Below are positions 19,729-20,000 of a stretch of 20,000 nucleotides of DNA, one piece after another. Location of the stretch: positions 298,696 through 318,695 of the forward strand of contig JAYWIR010000083.1 of NCBI GenBank assembly GCA_036172245.1, written 5' to 3'. The notes below the pieces were generated by a model, which was not told where the DNA came from, ran no database searches, and saw only the letters and a list, made by a program, of their open reading frames with translations. Each line of letters starts with the position of its first letter. Positions within the stretch are counted from its first letter, which is position 1. The DNA is from Raillietiella orientalis. Its lineage: Eukaryota. The translations under genes and the position numbers were made by a program.

Positions 19729-19952
19729 CCCCACCATCCACTGTTTTTTTTTTGGTTTCTTCTGTTATGTTTTGTTTATTTTCTATCCTTCTCCCTTCGT
19801 TTTTTTCTTTTAAAAGGCAACCTGCGTGCCGGTGATCACTGTGAACTGAACTTTCTGTATGGGCGTTTCTTGTGTTCTGAAAGGATGAATTTGCCTTGAA
19901 GATTGCGGTTCGTTTTTACAAATAAACGTCCCGGCGCAACCGAGTTCAAAAC
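19699..19952 (+). mobile_element. E8: 3'UTR of a family member, joined directly to the E7 linker
   Basis: GATCCC, C-rich and T-rich tracts as at 5904 and 11177; ends AATAAACGTCCCGGCGCAACCGAGTTCAAAA like the other 3' ends. Confidence 0.72.
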
Positions 19953-20000
19953 GCATCAGCGAGGAAAGGCTTAGCACCACATGTTCCTCGACAACCAACT

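Overview
The whole window is a GC-rich nest of related eukaryotic non-LTR retrotransposons of the L1/Tx1 type. ORF1 is gag-like with two CCHC knuckles; ORF2 carries an APE endonuclease, RT (YADD) and a C-terminal CCHC. No host gene, RNA gene or CRISPR array is visible. Eight segments abut with almost no spacer: E1 (1-~5455, -, both ORFs intact), E2 (~5456-6121, +, 3' fragment), E3 (6122-~9022, -, 5'UTR-ORF1-EN only), E4 (~9023-~11383, +, RT to 3' end), E5 (~11401-14028, +, 5'UTR-ORF1-EN only), E6 (14029-~16953, -, linker-RT to 3' end), E7 (~16954-~19698, +, 5'UTR-ORF1-EN only) and E8 (~19699-~19952, +, 3'UTR). The junctions look non-random. The same antisense junction occurs twice at the same codon in two diverged host copies. 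A second site ~63 nt further along the EN-RT linker also recurs, with a probable ~17-bp target duplication. This suggests elements that target the EN-RT linker of sister elements in antisense. Other notable traits are TAATG/TAACA ORF1-ORF2 junctions, hairpin-structured 3' ends without poly(A), and an APE domain apparently lacking the specificity beta-hairpin. Boundaries were read by eye and may be off by a few bases.
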